50,952 nt of DNA from Clostridia bacterium (GCA_900753285.1 CAADYN010000127.1:1-50952), one strand, 5' to 3'. Shown: positions 8,942 through 18,582, numbered from the stretch's first letter. Numbers and translations: made by a program. The notes: a model not told the origin generated them from the letters alone.

Positions 8942-9298
8942 ATGAAACTTTTTAAGAAGAACGAGAACAAGAAAACCACGAAGCTGCCGATGACTAAAAA
9001 GGTTAAGAAAGGCTTCCGCTATTACTGTATGGCTGTTATGGCAATGACCTTTGTGCTTGGTACTTCCGTAACCGCCTTTGCTGCCAATGACCCCATTCAG
9101 GTAGTCAACAATCTGTCCGATTTCATTTTCGGTCTGGTGAGGGCTGTTGGTATGATTATGCTCGGCTTTGGTATCGTGCAGATTGGTCTTTCCCTCAAAT
9201 CCCATGACCCGTCCCAGAGAGCTAACGGATTTTTGACCCTTGCAGGCGGCGTTGTCATTACCTTCGCAAAAGAAATCTTGACTCTTATCACAGGCTAA
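8942..9298 (+). CDS. Maff2-family small membrane protein (possible VirB2-like component)
   Basis: Signal/TM segment, then two hydrophobic helices (GMIMLGFGIVQIGLSL...GGVVITFAKEIL). Position is between the T4CP and VirB6-like genes. Confidence 0.7.
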   Translation: MKLFKKNENKKTTKLPMTKKVKKGFRYYCMAVMAMTFVLGTSVTAFAANDPIQVVNNLSDFIFGLVRAVGMIMLGFGIVQIGLSLKSHDPSQRANGFLTLAGGVVITFAKEILTLITG

Positions 9299-9318
9299 GA
9301 TAACAGACTGACACAAAA

Positions 9319-9365
9319 AGATAACGGGAGCAGATCCGCCGAGTGCGGAACTGCTCCCGTTATCT
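9319..9365 (+). promoter_or_regulatory. Long perfect hairpin after the Maff2 gene (attenuator or RNA-stability element)
   Basis: AGATAACGGGAGCAG (9319-9333) pairs with CTGCTCCCGTTATCT (9351-9365), with an inner TCCGC/GCGGA stem. No U-tract follows. Confidence 0.5.
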
Positions 9366-9388
9366 AATATCATCAAGGAGGTGGTCAA

Positions 9389-10225
9389 ATGTCTGATAAC
9401 TGGGTGGTACAGAATTTAGAGAACGCCCTAAACACTTGGAATGAGAAATTAGCCGAGATATGGCAGCTCATTACCCAATCCCCAGAGAACTTTAAGGGAG
9501 GCACGATATGGAATGTCATCGTGGATATTCACGGTGCGGTGCAGGCTATTGGACTTGCCCTGCTCGTGCTGTTCTTTGTTGTGGGTGTGATGCGTACCTG
9601 CGGAAATTTTGCAGAAGTCAAGCGACCAGAGCAGGCTTTGAAGCTGTTTATCCGCTTTGCCATTGCCAAAGGTGCAGTGACCTACGGATTAGAACTGATG
9701 ATGGCACTGTTTAAGATTGTGCAGGGTATGATTTCCACGATTATGAATGCCGCAGGATTTGGCTCGGCACAGCAGACGGTGTTGCCGCAGGAAATCGTGA
9801 CAGCCGTTGAAGATTGCGGATTTTTTGAGAGTATCCCGCTATGGGCGGTCACGCTGATAGGCGGACTGTTTATTACGGTGCTGTCATTCATAATGATTAT
9901 GTCGGTATATGGCAGGTTTTTCAAGCTGTATATCTATACTGCCATAGCACCCGTACCCCTTTCCGCTTTTGCGGGAGAGCCGAGCCAAAGCGTCGGCAAG
10001 AGCTTCATTAAGAGCTATGCCGCTGTATGCCTTGAAGGTGCGGTTATCGTGCTTGCCTGCATTATCTTTTCCCTATTTGCTTCTTCTCCGCCTGTGGTCA
10101 ATCCCGATGCGGCGGCGGTTACAATGGTATGGAGCTATATCGGGGAGCTTGTGTTCAATATGCTCGTCCTTGTCGGTGCGGTCAAAATGGCAGACCGTGT
10201 TGTAAGAGAAATGATGGGCTTGTAA
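9389..10225 (+). CDS. VirB6/TrbL-like polytopic T4SS membrane protein
   Basis: At least five predicted TM helices. Position is immediately upstream of PrgI and VirB4. Confidence 0.7.
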   Translation: MSDNWVVQNLENALNTWNEKLAEIWQLITQSPENFKGGTIWNVIVDIHGAVQAIGLALLVLFFVVGVMRTCGNFAEVKRPEQALKLFIRFAIAKGAVTYGLELMMALFKIVQGMISTIMNAAGFGSAQQTVLPQEIVTAVEDCGFFESIPLWAVTLIGGLFITVLSFIMIMSVYGRFFKLYIYTAIAPVPLSAFAGEPSQSVGKSFIKSYAAVCLEGAVIVLACIIFSLFASSPPVVNPDAAAVTMVWSYIGELVFNMLVLVGAVKMADRVVREMMGL

Positions 10226-10239
10226 GGGAGGTGCTATGA

Positions 10240-10692
10240 TTGGAAGTAAAGATAAATAAGGAAATCCGTAATTATACGGAGAGTATGTTTTTTGGACTGT
10301 CACTCAGACAGTTCATTTTTTCTGTCCTTGCCTGCGGCGTGGCGATGGGTTTGTATTTTCTTCTCCGTCCACGGTTTGGAACGGAAACCCTCAGTTGGGT
10401 TTGTATCTTAGGTGCGTTCCCCTTTGCGGCAATGGGATTTATCAAATACAACGGTATGACCGCAGAGCAGTTTGTCTGGGCGTGGATTAAATCGGAATTT
10501 CTGATGCCGAAAAAGCTGATGTTCCTGCCAGATAATCTTTATTATGAAACGGTGAAGCCAACCATTGAAGCCTATGAAAAAGGGTTGACGACAGTACGGA
10601 AAAAGCAGAAAGGCAGGACACCAAAACCAAAGAAATCGAAAAAGAAAAAAGCGAAATGCAGCAAGGAGGTAAACAATGCTGAGAACTCTTAA
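10240..10692 (+). CDS. PrgI-family (VirB3-like) T4SS membrane protein
   Basis: TTG start 8 nt after GGGAGG. MFFGLSLRQFIF plus two TM helices and a lysine-rich tail. The 3' end overlaps the VirB4 start. Confidence 0.7.
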   Translation: MEVKINKEIRNYTESMFFGLSLRQFIFSVLACGVAMGLYFLLRPRFGTETLSWVCILGAFPFAAMGFIKYNGMTAEQFVWAWIKSEFLMPKKLMFLPDNLYYETVKPTIEAYEKGLTTVRKKQKGRTPKPKKSKKKKAKCSKEVNNAENS

Positions 10693-13009
10693 AAATCTGT
10701 TCAAGCAGGACAGGGAAAAGTTTGTTGTGCCGAAGTCGGTACAAAATGTTATCCCGATTAAGACAATCTGGGAGGACGGCATATTTCTTGTAGGCAGGAA
10801 CAAGTACGCAAAGACCTTTAAGTTTGAGGATATAAACTATGCCGTGGCAAGCCGTGAGGATAAGGAAGCAATGTTCCTTGAATACTCGGAGCTTCTTAAT
10901 TCCCTTGACAGCGGTGCGACCACGAAAATCACTATCAACAACCGTCGCTTGAACAAAGCTGATTTTGAACAGACCATTTTAATCCCAATGGCTGATGACG
11001 GTCTGGATAAGTACCGCAAGGAATACAACAAAATGCTTTTGGATAAGGCGACAGGGGCTAATTCCATCGTACAGGATAAGTATGTAACCGTATCTGTCTG
11101 CAAGAAGAATATCGAGGAAGCCCGAAACTACTTTGCCCGTGTGGGTGCTGACCTTATCGCCCACTTTAACCGTCTGGGGTCGAAGTGTGTGGAACTGGAC
11201 GCAGGCGACAAGCTGCGTATCTTCCACGACTTCTACCGTACAGGAGAAGAAACAGCGTTCCACTTCGATATTACCCAGACGATGCGGAAAGGTCACGATT
11301 TCAAGGATTTTATCTGCCCTGATACCTTTGAATTTGAGAGCGACTGCTTCAGAATGGGGGACAGATATGGGCGTGTGATTTTTCTCAGAGAGTATGCGGC
11401 ATATATCAAGGACAGTATGGTGGCGGAGCTTTGTGAGTTGAACAGGAATATGATGCTGTCCGTTGACATTATCCCCGTTCCCACAGATGAAGCCGTGCAG
11501 GAGGTGGAAAACCGTCTGCTTGGTGTGGAAACTAACATTACGAATTGGCAGAGGAAGCAGAACCAGAACAACAATTTTTCAGCCGTTATCCCCTATGATT
11601 TGGAACAGCAGCGAAAGGAAAGTAAGGAATTTCTGGACGATTTGACAACCCGTGACCAGAGAATGATGTTTGCCGTGCTGACGATGGTGCATACGGCTGA
11701 CACCAAAGAGCAGCTCGACAATGATACAGAAGCTCTCTTGACTACCGCAAGAAAGCACTTGTGCCAGTTTGCGGTGCTGAAATATCAACAGATGGACGGA
11801 TTAAATACAGCTCTGCCATTTGGTGTACGGAAGATAGATGCCCTGCGTACCCTCACAACAGAGAGCCTTGCAGTGTTTATACCGTTCCGTGTGCAGGAAA
11901 TTTACCACGAAAACGGTGTGTATTACGGTCAGAATGTCATCAGCAAAAATATGATTATTGCCAACCGCAGGCAGCTCCTTAACGGCAATTCCTTTATTCT
12001 CGGTGTGTCAGGTGCAGGAAAATCTTTTACCGCAAAGGAAGAAATGACGAATATCATTCTGACCGACCCTAATGCCGATATAATCATCATTGACCCAGAG
12101 CGTGAATATTCCCCGCTTGTTAAAGCAATGCAGGGAGAGGTTATTCATTTCTCTGCGACAAGTGAAAATCACATCAATGCTATGGATATGAACTCCGATT
12201 ATGGTGACGGTGCAAACCCTGTCATTCTGAAATCGGAGTTTATTTTATCCCTTTGCGAACAGCTCATCGGCGGCACGAACTTGGGAGCAAAGCAGAAATC
12301 CATTATTGACCGATGTACGGCAAGCGTGTACCGCTACTATCAGCAGGGCAACTATATGGGAACGCCGCCAACCTTGCAGGACTTCCGTGAGGAACTTCTT
12401 AAACAGAACGAACCAGAAGCACAGGAAATCGCCCTTGCTATCGAATTATTTACAGATGGCTCTCTCAACACCTTTGCCAAGCATACCAATGTGGATACCC
12501 ACAGCCGCCTTATCTGCTATGACATTCTGGATTTGGGTAAGCAGTTACAGCCTATCGGTATGCTTGTGGTGCTTGACAGTATCTTAAACCGTATCACGCA
12601 GAACAGAGCCAAAGGCAGAAATACCTTTATTTTCATTGATGAAATCTATTTGCTCTTTCAGCACGAATACTCTGCAAACTTCCTCTTTACCCTCTGGAAG
12701 CGTGTGCGTAAATACGGTGCGTACTGTACGGGTATTACGCAGAATGTAGACGACCTTTTGCAGAGCCATACGGCAAGGACGATGCTTGCTAACAGCGAAT
12801 TTATCATTATGCTTAACCAAGCATCTACGGACAGACTTGAGCTTGCCAAGCTCCTTAATATCTCCGACCTTCAGATGAGTTATATCACGAATGTCGGTGC
12901 AGGACAGGGATTACTCAAAGTTGGCAGCTCCCTTGTGCCGTTTGTAAACAAGTTCCCACGCAATACCGAGCTTTACAAGTTGATGACGACCAAGTTCGGT
13001 GAGGTCTAA
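10676..13009 (+). CDS. virB4: VirB4-family conjugal transfer ATPase
   Basis: Walker A GVSGAGKSF, Walker B TFIFIDEIY, length 777 aa. Confidence 0.9.
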   Translation: MLRTLKNLFKQDREKFVVPKSVQNVIPIKTIWEDGIFLVGRNKYAKTFKFEDINYAVASREDKEAMFLEYSELLNSLDSGATTKITINNRRLNKADFEQTILIPMADDGLDKYRKEYNKMLLDKATGANSIVQDKYVTVSVCKKNIEEARNYFARVGADLIAHFNRLGSKCVELDAGDKLRIFHDFYRTGEETAFHFDITQTMRKGHDFKDFICPDTFEFESDCFRMGDRYGRVIFLREYAAYIKDSMVAELCELNRNMMLSVDIIPVPTDEAVQEVENRLLGVETNITNWQRKQNQNNNFSAVIPYDLEQQRKESKEFLDDLTTRDQRMMFAVLTMVHTADTKEQLDNDTEALLTTARKHLCQFAVLKYQQMDGLNTALPFGVRKIDALRTLTTESLAVFIPFRVQEIYHENGVYYGQNVISKNMIIANRRQLLNGNSFILGVSGAGKSFTAKEEMTNIILTDPNADIIIIDPEREYSPLVKAMQGEVIHFSATSENHINAMDMNSDYGDGANPVILKSEFILSLCEQLIGGTNLGAKQKSIIDRCTASVYRYYQQGNYMGTPPTLQDFREELLKQNEPEAQEIALAIELFTDGSLNTFAKHTNVDTHSRLICYDILDLGKQLQPIGMLVVLDSILNRITQNRAKGRNTFIFIDEIYLLFQHEYSANFLFTLWKRVRKYGAYCTGITQNVDDLLQSHTARTMLANSEFIIMLNQASTDRLELAKLLNISDLQMSYITNVGAGQGLLKVGSSLVPFVNKFPRNTELYKLMTTKFGEV

Positions 13010-13024
13010 GAAAGGAGGTCTTTT

Positions 13025-13429
13025 ATGGCTGATATTAAATTCCGTGATACGGCTCACCGTGATTTCTTTCTGGAAAATATGATGAAATGCAGAGTGAACG
13101 ACTGTTATCACAGGGCATTTTTCTATGTGATGGGTATCGCTTCGGAAACGAGGGCGAACATCAACCAGATGTTCAATTTCAAGGAGGACTGCATCGAGCC
13201 AGAGGGTATGCACGGCGGCTGGCAGACAAGCGGAACAGTCAAGGTCTGCCATCTTGCTTTTAACCTTTGGAACGGGTATGCAGAGGAAGGGCGGGAACGG
13301 TATTTCACGCCAGAGGAGTTGTTTTGCTGTGAGTTTGCTCCCTACTTTATGGAGGGTATCAAGGTCAGATACCCCGAATATTGCAGGGAGCTTCCTGCTC
13401 CCAGAAAACAGACGGAAATTTCAAGATAA
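13025..13429 (+). CDS. Conserved hypothetical ICE protein
   Basis: Good RBS (AAAGGAGG) and compact spacing after virB4. No catalytic motif recognised. Confidence 0.55.
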   Translation: MADIKFRDTAHRDFFLENMMKCRVNDCYHRAFFYVMGIASETRANINQMFNFKEDCIEPEGMHGGWQTSGTVKVCHLAFNLWNGYAEEGRERYFTPEELFCCEFAPYFMEGIKVRYPEYCRELPAPRKQTEISR

Positions 13430-13443
13430 GAAAGGAAAAGCCT

Positions 13444-14217
13444 ATGAAGAATTATAAATCTATTATCTGTGTTGTAGCCGCCGTGTGCCTGTTAGGTACG
13501 GCGGCTTTTTGCGGCTTCCGCATTTATCATTACTATGCAGAGGTGGACGAGCAGACGGAAGCCTTTGAGGAGATTGCCGAGATGGTAGAGCAGGCTCCCA
13601 CGGATGAAACCGTGCCAGACGATGCCCCTGTCAGCGAGGGGGAAGATGTGCTTGCCAAGTATCAGGAATTGTATTTACAGAATGAGGATATGGTCGGTTG
13701 GATTTCCATTGCCGGCACGACAATCAATTATCCTGTGATGCAGAGTGGGAACAATCCGAATTTTTATCTGAAGCACAATTTTGAAAAAGAGTACAGCGAT
13801 TTAGGAACGCCTTATGTGCAGGAGAATTGCGATATTGCTGAAAGTGACAATCTGGTTATCTACGGTCATCACATTAAGGGCGGCAAGATGTTTGGAGCGT
13901 TGGAGGATTACAAGTCCAAGAGCTTTTATGAGGAACACAAGAATATTCAGTTTGATACCCTCACAGAGCAGGCAGAGTATGAAATCGTCGCTGTGTTTAA
14001 GACTGTGGCGTACAGTTCTGAGGGATTCCGATACTACGACTTTGTTGATGCGGAGAATGAGGAAGATTTTAATTCCTATGTCGGGAAGTGCAAGGAGCTT
14101 GCTTTGTATGATACAGGTGTGACCGCTGAATACGGCGACAGGCTCATTACCCTTTCCACCTGCGAATACTCCGCACGGAACGGCAGGCTCGTTGTAGTGG
14201 CAAAAATGGTCGGCTGA
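13444..14217 (+). CDS. srtB: Class B sortase
   Basis: N-terminal TM anchor, TINYPVMQ, VIYGHH (His) and TLSTCEY (catalytic Cys). The internal ATG 13444 was chosen because an RBS precedes it. Confidence 0.8.
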   Translation: MKNYKSIICVVAAVCLLGTAAFCGFRIYHYYAEVDEQTEAFEEIAEMVEQAPTDETVPDDAPVSEGEDVLAKYQELYLQNEDMVGWISIAGTTINYPVMQSGNNPNFYLKHNFEKEYSDLGTPYVQENCDIAESDNLVIYGHHIKGGKMFGALEDYKSKSFYEEHKNIQFDTLTEQAEYEIVAVFKTVAYSSEGFRYYDFVDAENEEDFNSYVGKCKELALYDTGVTAEYGDRLITLSTCEYSARNGRLVVVAKMVG

Positions 14218-14252
14218 TTTGAACGCAAATTCTCTGGGAAAGGAGGTTTTCT

Positions 14253-16028
14253 ATGGCTGATATAAAAACCAGAGATGCGGTCAAAGGCACAATAAAGACC
14301 ATAGATAAAGCCGCCATAGCCAGTGAGCGTATGAAGTCTGCCTATGTGGAGATAAAGGAAAGGGCAGAACAGGGATACTACGCTGACGAAAACTCTGCCA
14401 CAGAATATGCTGCGGATAGGATTTCTTATGCGGCAGACCGTGTAAAGGACGAAGGTATCCACCAGTTCAATAAGCAGGGGCAAAAGGCAGTTAAGACAAC
14501 GCAGGAGAATATCGGTAAGGCAAAAGATAAAATAAGCGATTTCAAGCAAAGTCGGGCTGTCAAAGCCGCAGAACAGAAAGCAATACAGAATATGTCAGAA
14601 CAACACGGCTTGCAGATCCGTCACGGGGTTGCAAGCCGTTCCACTGCATCCGATGTTTCCCAGACAGCAAAATCGCAGTTGATAAAGACCCGACAGCAGG
14701 GGCGAAAAATGATTAAGACCACAGCCCGAAATGCAGAAAAAGCGGTGAAATCAACTGCTAAGGGAACGGTCAAGACTACCGAAAAGGGAATTAAAACCGC
14801 ACAGGCAACTTCTAAGGCGGCAATCAAAACGACGGAAACCTCGGTAAAAACGGCACAGGCAGTGGCAAAGGCGTCTGCGAAAACTGCTCAAAAGGCAGCA
14901 CAGGCGGCAAAAGCCACCGCAAAGGCAACCGCTGAAGCAACAAAATCTACGGTCAGAGCCACCATAGCTGCGGTCAAGGCGATTATTGCAGGAACAAAAG
15001 CTCTGATTTCCGCTTTAATTGCAGGTGGTTGGATTGCAGTTGTGATTATTCTCATTGTTGTCCTGCTCGGCTGTGCTGTTTCCCTGTTTGGTGGCGGAAG
15101 CGGGAGCAACGCCTATACGCCTGTCAGTGCGGAGGTGGAAGCCTACACGCCGCTGATACAGAAGTATGCGAAGCAGTACGGCATCCCCGAATTTGTGGAG
15201 CTTATCAAGGCGGTGATGATGCAGGAAAGCGGCGGGCGTGGGCTTGACCCCATGCAGGCGGCGGAGGGTAGCTTTAACACAAGGTATCCCCACGAGCCGA
15301 ACGGGATACAAGACCCAGAATATTCGATTGAGTGCGGTGTACAGGAATTAAAGGCTGCCCTTATCTCTGCCGAGGTAGAAAACCCGATTGATATGGAGCA
15401 TATCAAACTTGCCTTGCAGGGTTACAATTTCGGCAACGGCTATATCTCGTGGGCTAAGACCAACTATGGCGGCTATTCCTATGCCAATGCGGTAGAGTTC
15501 TCCACCATGCAGGCGGCACGGTTAGGTTGGGACAGCTATGGCGACACGCAATATCCCGCCCATGTGCTGCTGTATTATCCATACGGGAGGGCGTTCACAA
15601 GCGGCGGTAACCAGGCGATTGTGGAGGTCGCTTTGACACAGCTCGGAAATGAGGGCGGTCAGCCTTATTGGAGTTGGTATGGCTTTGATGGGCGTGTGGA
15701 ATGGTGTGCCTGCTTCGTATCGTGGTGTGCCGACCAGTGTGGTTATATCGAAAGCGGGATTATCCAGAAATTCGCAGGCTGCGTGGACGGCTCAAATTGG
15801 TTTAAGGGTAACGGACAATGGAAAGACCGAAGCTATGAGCCGTCGACAGGCGATATTATCTTTTTTGATTGGGAAGGCGACGGAGAAACCGACCATGTAG
15901 GCATTGTGGAGAAATGCGAAAACGGTGTCGTTTACACCGTGGAGGGTAACTCTGGCGACGCTTGCAGGCAAAAGCAATATACGGTTGGAAGCAGCTCCAT
16001 CTATGGCTACGGCGTTCCTGCCTATTAA
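14253..16028 (+). CDS. T4SS-associated cell-wall hydrolase: lysozyme/SLT-like domain plus CHAP/NlpC-P60 domain
   Basis: Low-complexity Lys/Ala-rich N-terminus, a TM helix, MMQESGGRGLDPMQAAE (glycosidase Glu), EWCACFVSWC (CHAP Cys) and DHVGIVE (His). Confidence 0.85.
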   Translation: MADIKTRDAVKGTIKTIDKAAIASERMKSAYVEIKERAEQGYYADENSATEYAADRISYAADRVKDEGIHQFNKQGQKAVKTTQENIGKAKDKISDFKQSRAVKAAEQKAIQNMSEQHGLQIRHGVASRSTASDVSQTAKSQLIKTRQQGRKMIKTTARNAEKAVKSTAKGTVKTTEKGIKTAQATSKAAIKTTETSVKTAQAVAKASAKTAQKAAQAAKATAKATAEATKSTVRATIAAVKAIIAGTKALISALIAGGWIAVVIILIVVLLGCAVSLFGGGSGSNAYTPVSAEVEAYTPLIQKYAKQYGIPEFVELIKAVMMQESGGRGLDPMQAAEGSFNTRYPHEPNGIQDPEYSIECGVQELKAALISAEVENPIDMEHIKLALQGYNFGNGYISWAKTNYGGYSYANAVEFSTMQAARLGWDSYGDTQYPAHVLLYYPYGRAFTSGGNQAIVEVALTQLGNEGGQPYWSWYGFDGRVEWCACFVSWCADQCGYIESGIIQKFAGCVDGSNWFKGNGQWKDRSYEPSTGDIIFFDWEGDGETDHVGIVEKCENGVVYTVEGNSGDACRQKQYTVGSSSIYGYGVPAY

Positions 16029-16054
16029 GAATGGGCAAAAGAAAAACCAGAGGT

Positions 16055-16414
16055 TTATTCCTCTGGCTCTTTTGCCTTACATAGTCCGATAACAGTTGCT
16101 TCTATAACGGACAGTTCTTTATCGTCTAAATTGTCGAGCTGTGCGTCTAAGCGTCTGCGGACGGAACTTTTCTTGACCTCATTATCTGGGAATATGTACT
16201 CGTCAACCGACACATCGAACATCGTAATAAGTTGGATAAATAGCTCGATACTTGGATACTGCCCCTCGTTTTCGATAGACTGAATATGTCTGGGAGCATA
16301 GCCGATTATTCCAGATAGTTGCTCCCTTGTCATCCCTCTGGCTTCACGGGCTTTTTTGATAGCCTGTCCTATCGGAGTAAAATCGAAGTCAAAATTATTG
16401 TTCCTTTCGTCCAT
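16055..16414 (-). CDS. XRE-family helix-turn-helix transcriptional regulator
   Basis: IKKAREARGMTREQLSGIIGYAPRHIQSIENEGQYPSIE is a canonical HTH_3 segment. Confidence 0.85.
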   Translation of the reverse strand: MDERNNNFDFDFTPIGQAIKKAREARGMTREQLSGIIGYAPRHIQSIENEGQYPSIELFIQLITMFDVSVDEYIFPDNEVKKSSVRRRLDAQLDNLDDKELSVIEATVIGLCKAKEPEE

Positions 16415-16488
16415 TAGCTCACCACCTATTCTCTGAAAATTTTACTCTTATATTTTACAGAGATGCGGCTTCCAGTTAAACGATGTGA

Positions 16489-16534
16489 AATCTCTTGGTA
16501 TAGGAAGTTTAATCTCTTGTAACAAGAGATTAAA
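16489..16534. promoter_or_regulatory. Candidate operator: three copies of AATCTCTTG (one direct, plus a perfect 12/12 palindrome)
   Basis: AATCTCTTG at 16489-16497. TTTAATCTCTTG-TAA-CAAGAGATTAAA at 16508-16534. Located in the divergent XRE/AraC intergenic region. Confidence 0.4.
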
Positions 16535-16662
16535 GCACGCTTGACATACTTGAAACTAATTTTTTATTCGGATAAACTATAGATAAGTTTACAAAAGCGG
16601 ACATGAAAAGCGAGGAAAATATGCTCGTATTCTTGTATGCTTATATATGAGGAGGTAAGTAA

Positions 16663-17529
16663 ATGGAATGGTTGAAAAGACTTGGAGCAGCCATTGATTA
16701 CATAGAGGAAAACTTAGACAAGGAAATATCCTATGATGAAGCAGCTCATATAGCTTGTTGTTCAACATATTATTTTCAACGGATTTTTTCTTATGTATCA
16801 GGAGTGTCACTATCAGAGTACATACGCCGCCGTAAAATGACACAGGCTGCATTTGAGTTACAAAGAACAGATAATAAGGTTATTGATGTTGCTCACAAAT
16901 ACGGGTATTCATCTCCAACATCCTTTAACCGTGCTTTTCAAAGCGTACACGGGATAGCACCTATAGCGGCAAAAAGTATGGGATGTACCTTGTGTGCATA
17001 TCCATCAATCCAATTTTCTATAATAGTTTTGGGAGGCAGTGCAATGGCATATCACATTGAAGAAAAGAAAAGTATTCGCATTATAGGAATTAGAATACCT
17101 CTTGTTGAAGATGCAGAGGAAAATATGCGGAATGTTCCTGCGTTCTGGAAAAAGGCAGTATTGGATGGCAGTATCTCCAAATTAGCAGAGCTATCAAACA
17201 AAAATCCAGACGGCATTTTAGGAGTCAGCGTTTATAATAATCCAGAGGATATATATTATTATATCGCTGTTTCGAGCAACATTCCCGTGCCAGAGGGAAT
17301 GGTAGAATACATGATACCAGAGGGTATGTGGGTTGTTTTTGAAAACGACGGAGTATTTAAGGAAGATGTGCAGAGTGTTTTTCGCAGATTTTTGACAGAA
17401 TTTCTACCGTTTTCTGGTTATGAATATGCAGGACTTCCAGATGTTGAAATATATCCAGTCTGCAAAGGACAGCCATCCAAAGGACATTCCGAGGTGTGGA
17501 TTGCAATCAAAAAAGCAAAGGAGATTTAA
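16663..17529 (+). CDS. AraC-family regulator with a GyrI-like effector-binding domain
   Basis: N-terminal double HTH (YYFQRIFSYVSGVSLSEYIRRRKM...GYSSPTSFNRAFQ) and a C-terminal GyrI-like beta-rich half. Confidence 0.8.
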   Translation: MEWLKRLGAAIDYIEENLDKEISYDEAAHIACCSTYYFQRIFSYVSGVSLSEYIRRRKMTQAAFELQRTDNKVIDVAHKYGYSSPTSFNRAFQSVHGIAPIAAKSMGCTLCAYPSIQFSIIVLGGSAMAYHIEEKKSIRIIGIRIPLVEDAEENMRNVPAFWKKAVLDGSISKLAELSNKNPDGILGVSVYNNPEDIYYYIAVSSNIPVPEGMVEYMIPEGMWVVFENDGVFKEDVQSVFRRFLTEFLPFSGYEYAGLPDVEIYPVCKGQPSKGHSEVWIAIKKAKEI

Positions 17530-17531
17530 GT

Positions 17532-18581
17532 ATGTATCATTTAAGATTAAAAGGCGACCATTATCAGATGGGCGTAAAAAGAGGAAACATATTTCAAAAA
17601 GCTCATATTTCCTTTCCACTCCAGTTGGATAATTTTCAATTGGAACACGGGAAACAAAGCGAAGAAATTTTAAGAAAGTTTTTCCCAGAGATATGTGAGG
17701 AAGTAAGAGGCGTAAGTGACGCCATTGGCACAGATTATCTACACTTCATTTCTTGGATGTTGTGTATGGGCTGCTGTATGTATAACTTGGAGAACAACAT
17801 CCCCGTTGAGGTTAGGGGCTGTACTGCTTTTGCATATTCAAGCAATGGCAGAACAATATACGGTAGAAATAATGACTTACCACCTTATCTGCGTGAAGGA
17901 AGCAAAAGTGAAATCTATGCACCGAAAAATGGAAACAGGTTCAATATCACTACTTCCTCTTTCATTAACGGCGAAGAAGGAGTGAATGAACACGGATTTG
18001 CTGTAGCAATGACTTTTGTAATGACCGACCTTGAAAAGATAAAAGCAGGTTTCAATTCTTGCTTTATTGTAAGATATTTGCTTGAAAAGGCAGATAATAC
18101 CGAACAGGCGGTTTCCCTTCTTATGGGCTTGCCAGTATCTTCTAACTGCAATATTTTACTTGCAGATAAAAAAGGCAATATGGTAGTGGTTGAATGTACG
18201 CCAATTCTCAAAAAAGTTCGGGCGGCAGAAATTTTTGAAAATGGCAGTATTGTTTGTACTGTTAATAGTTTTACATCTGATGAGATGAAACCATATGACG
18301 ATGCAAAAGGAAATGATTATGACTCGCACAGGCGTTACAGGACAGTATTAGACAGCTTTTCTTCGGAACGCATAAAAGATGAATACATTGAAACTACCGA
18401 ACATCTCTTAAAAGGTGATTATGGGTTTATGTGCCAATATGATGATGAGCCAGATTTTGAAACAGTTTGGAGTTCAATATTTGATTTAGACAGCTTAGTA
18501 ATCTATCGTGCAGAGGGTGACCCCAGAAAAAAGAAATTTGTTACAGATAATCGGTTACATGACCTTATAAGGCGAGGATAA
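17532..18581 (+). CDS. Peptidase C45-type Ntn hydrolase/acyltransferase
   Basis: MYHLRLKGDHYQMG start, and an internal VRGCTAFAY motif (Gly-Cys autoprocessing/nucleophile site) typical of the C45 acyl-CoA:6-APA acyltransferase family. Confidence 0.65.
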   Translation: MYHLRLKGDHYQMGVKRGNIFQKAHISFPLQLDNFQLEHGKQSEEILRKFFPEICEEVRGVSDAIGTDYLHFISWMLCMGCCMYNLENNIPVEVRGCTAFAYSSNGRTIYGRNNDLPPYLREGSKSEIYAPKNGNRFNITTSSFINGEEGVNEHGFAVAMTFVMTDLEKIKAGFNSCFIVRYLLEKADNTEQAVSLLMGLPVSSNCNILLADKKGNMVVVECTPILKKVRAAEIFENGSIVCTVNSFTSDEMKPYDDAKGNDYDSHRRYRTVLDSFSSERIKDEYIETTEHLLKGDYGFMCQYDDEPDFETVWSSIFDLDSLVIYRAEGDPRKKKFVTDNRLHDLIRRG

Positions 18582-18582
18582 T

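Noticed and set aside
14560-15010. Apparent repetitiveness (KTAQ/KATA-rich) in the hydrolase gene, which could have been a DNA tandem repeat
   Set aside because: It is low-complexity Lys/Ala/Thr coding sequence without a fixed nucleotide period. It reads as a coiled or disordered linker preceding the TM helix, not a repeat array.
17496-17531. Extended N-termini proposed by the ORF track. They affect the C45 hydrolase (17496), sortase (13381), response regulator (24266), permease (21604), recombinase (28366), ROK (48512), MATE (20250) and PNPOx (35617).
   Set aside because: The upstream extensions lack an RBS, overlap the preceding gene or begin at non-ATG codons inside the RBS. Internal ATGs with proper Shine-Dalgarno spacing were preferred.
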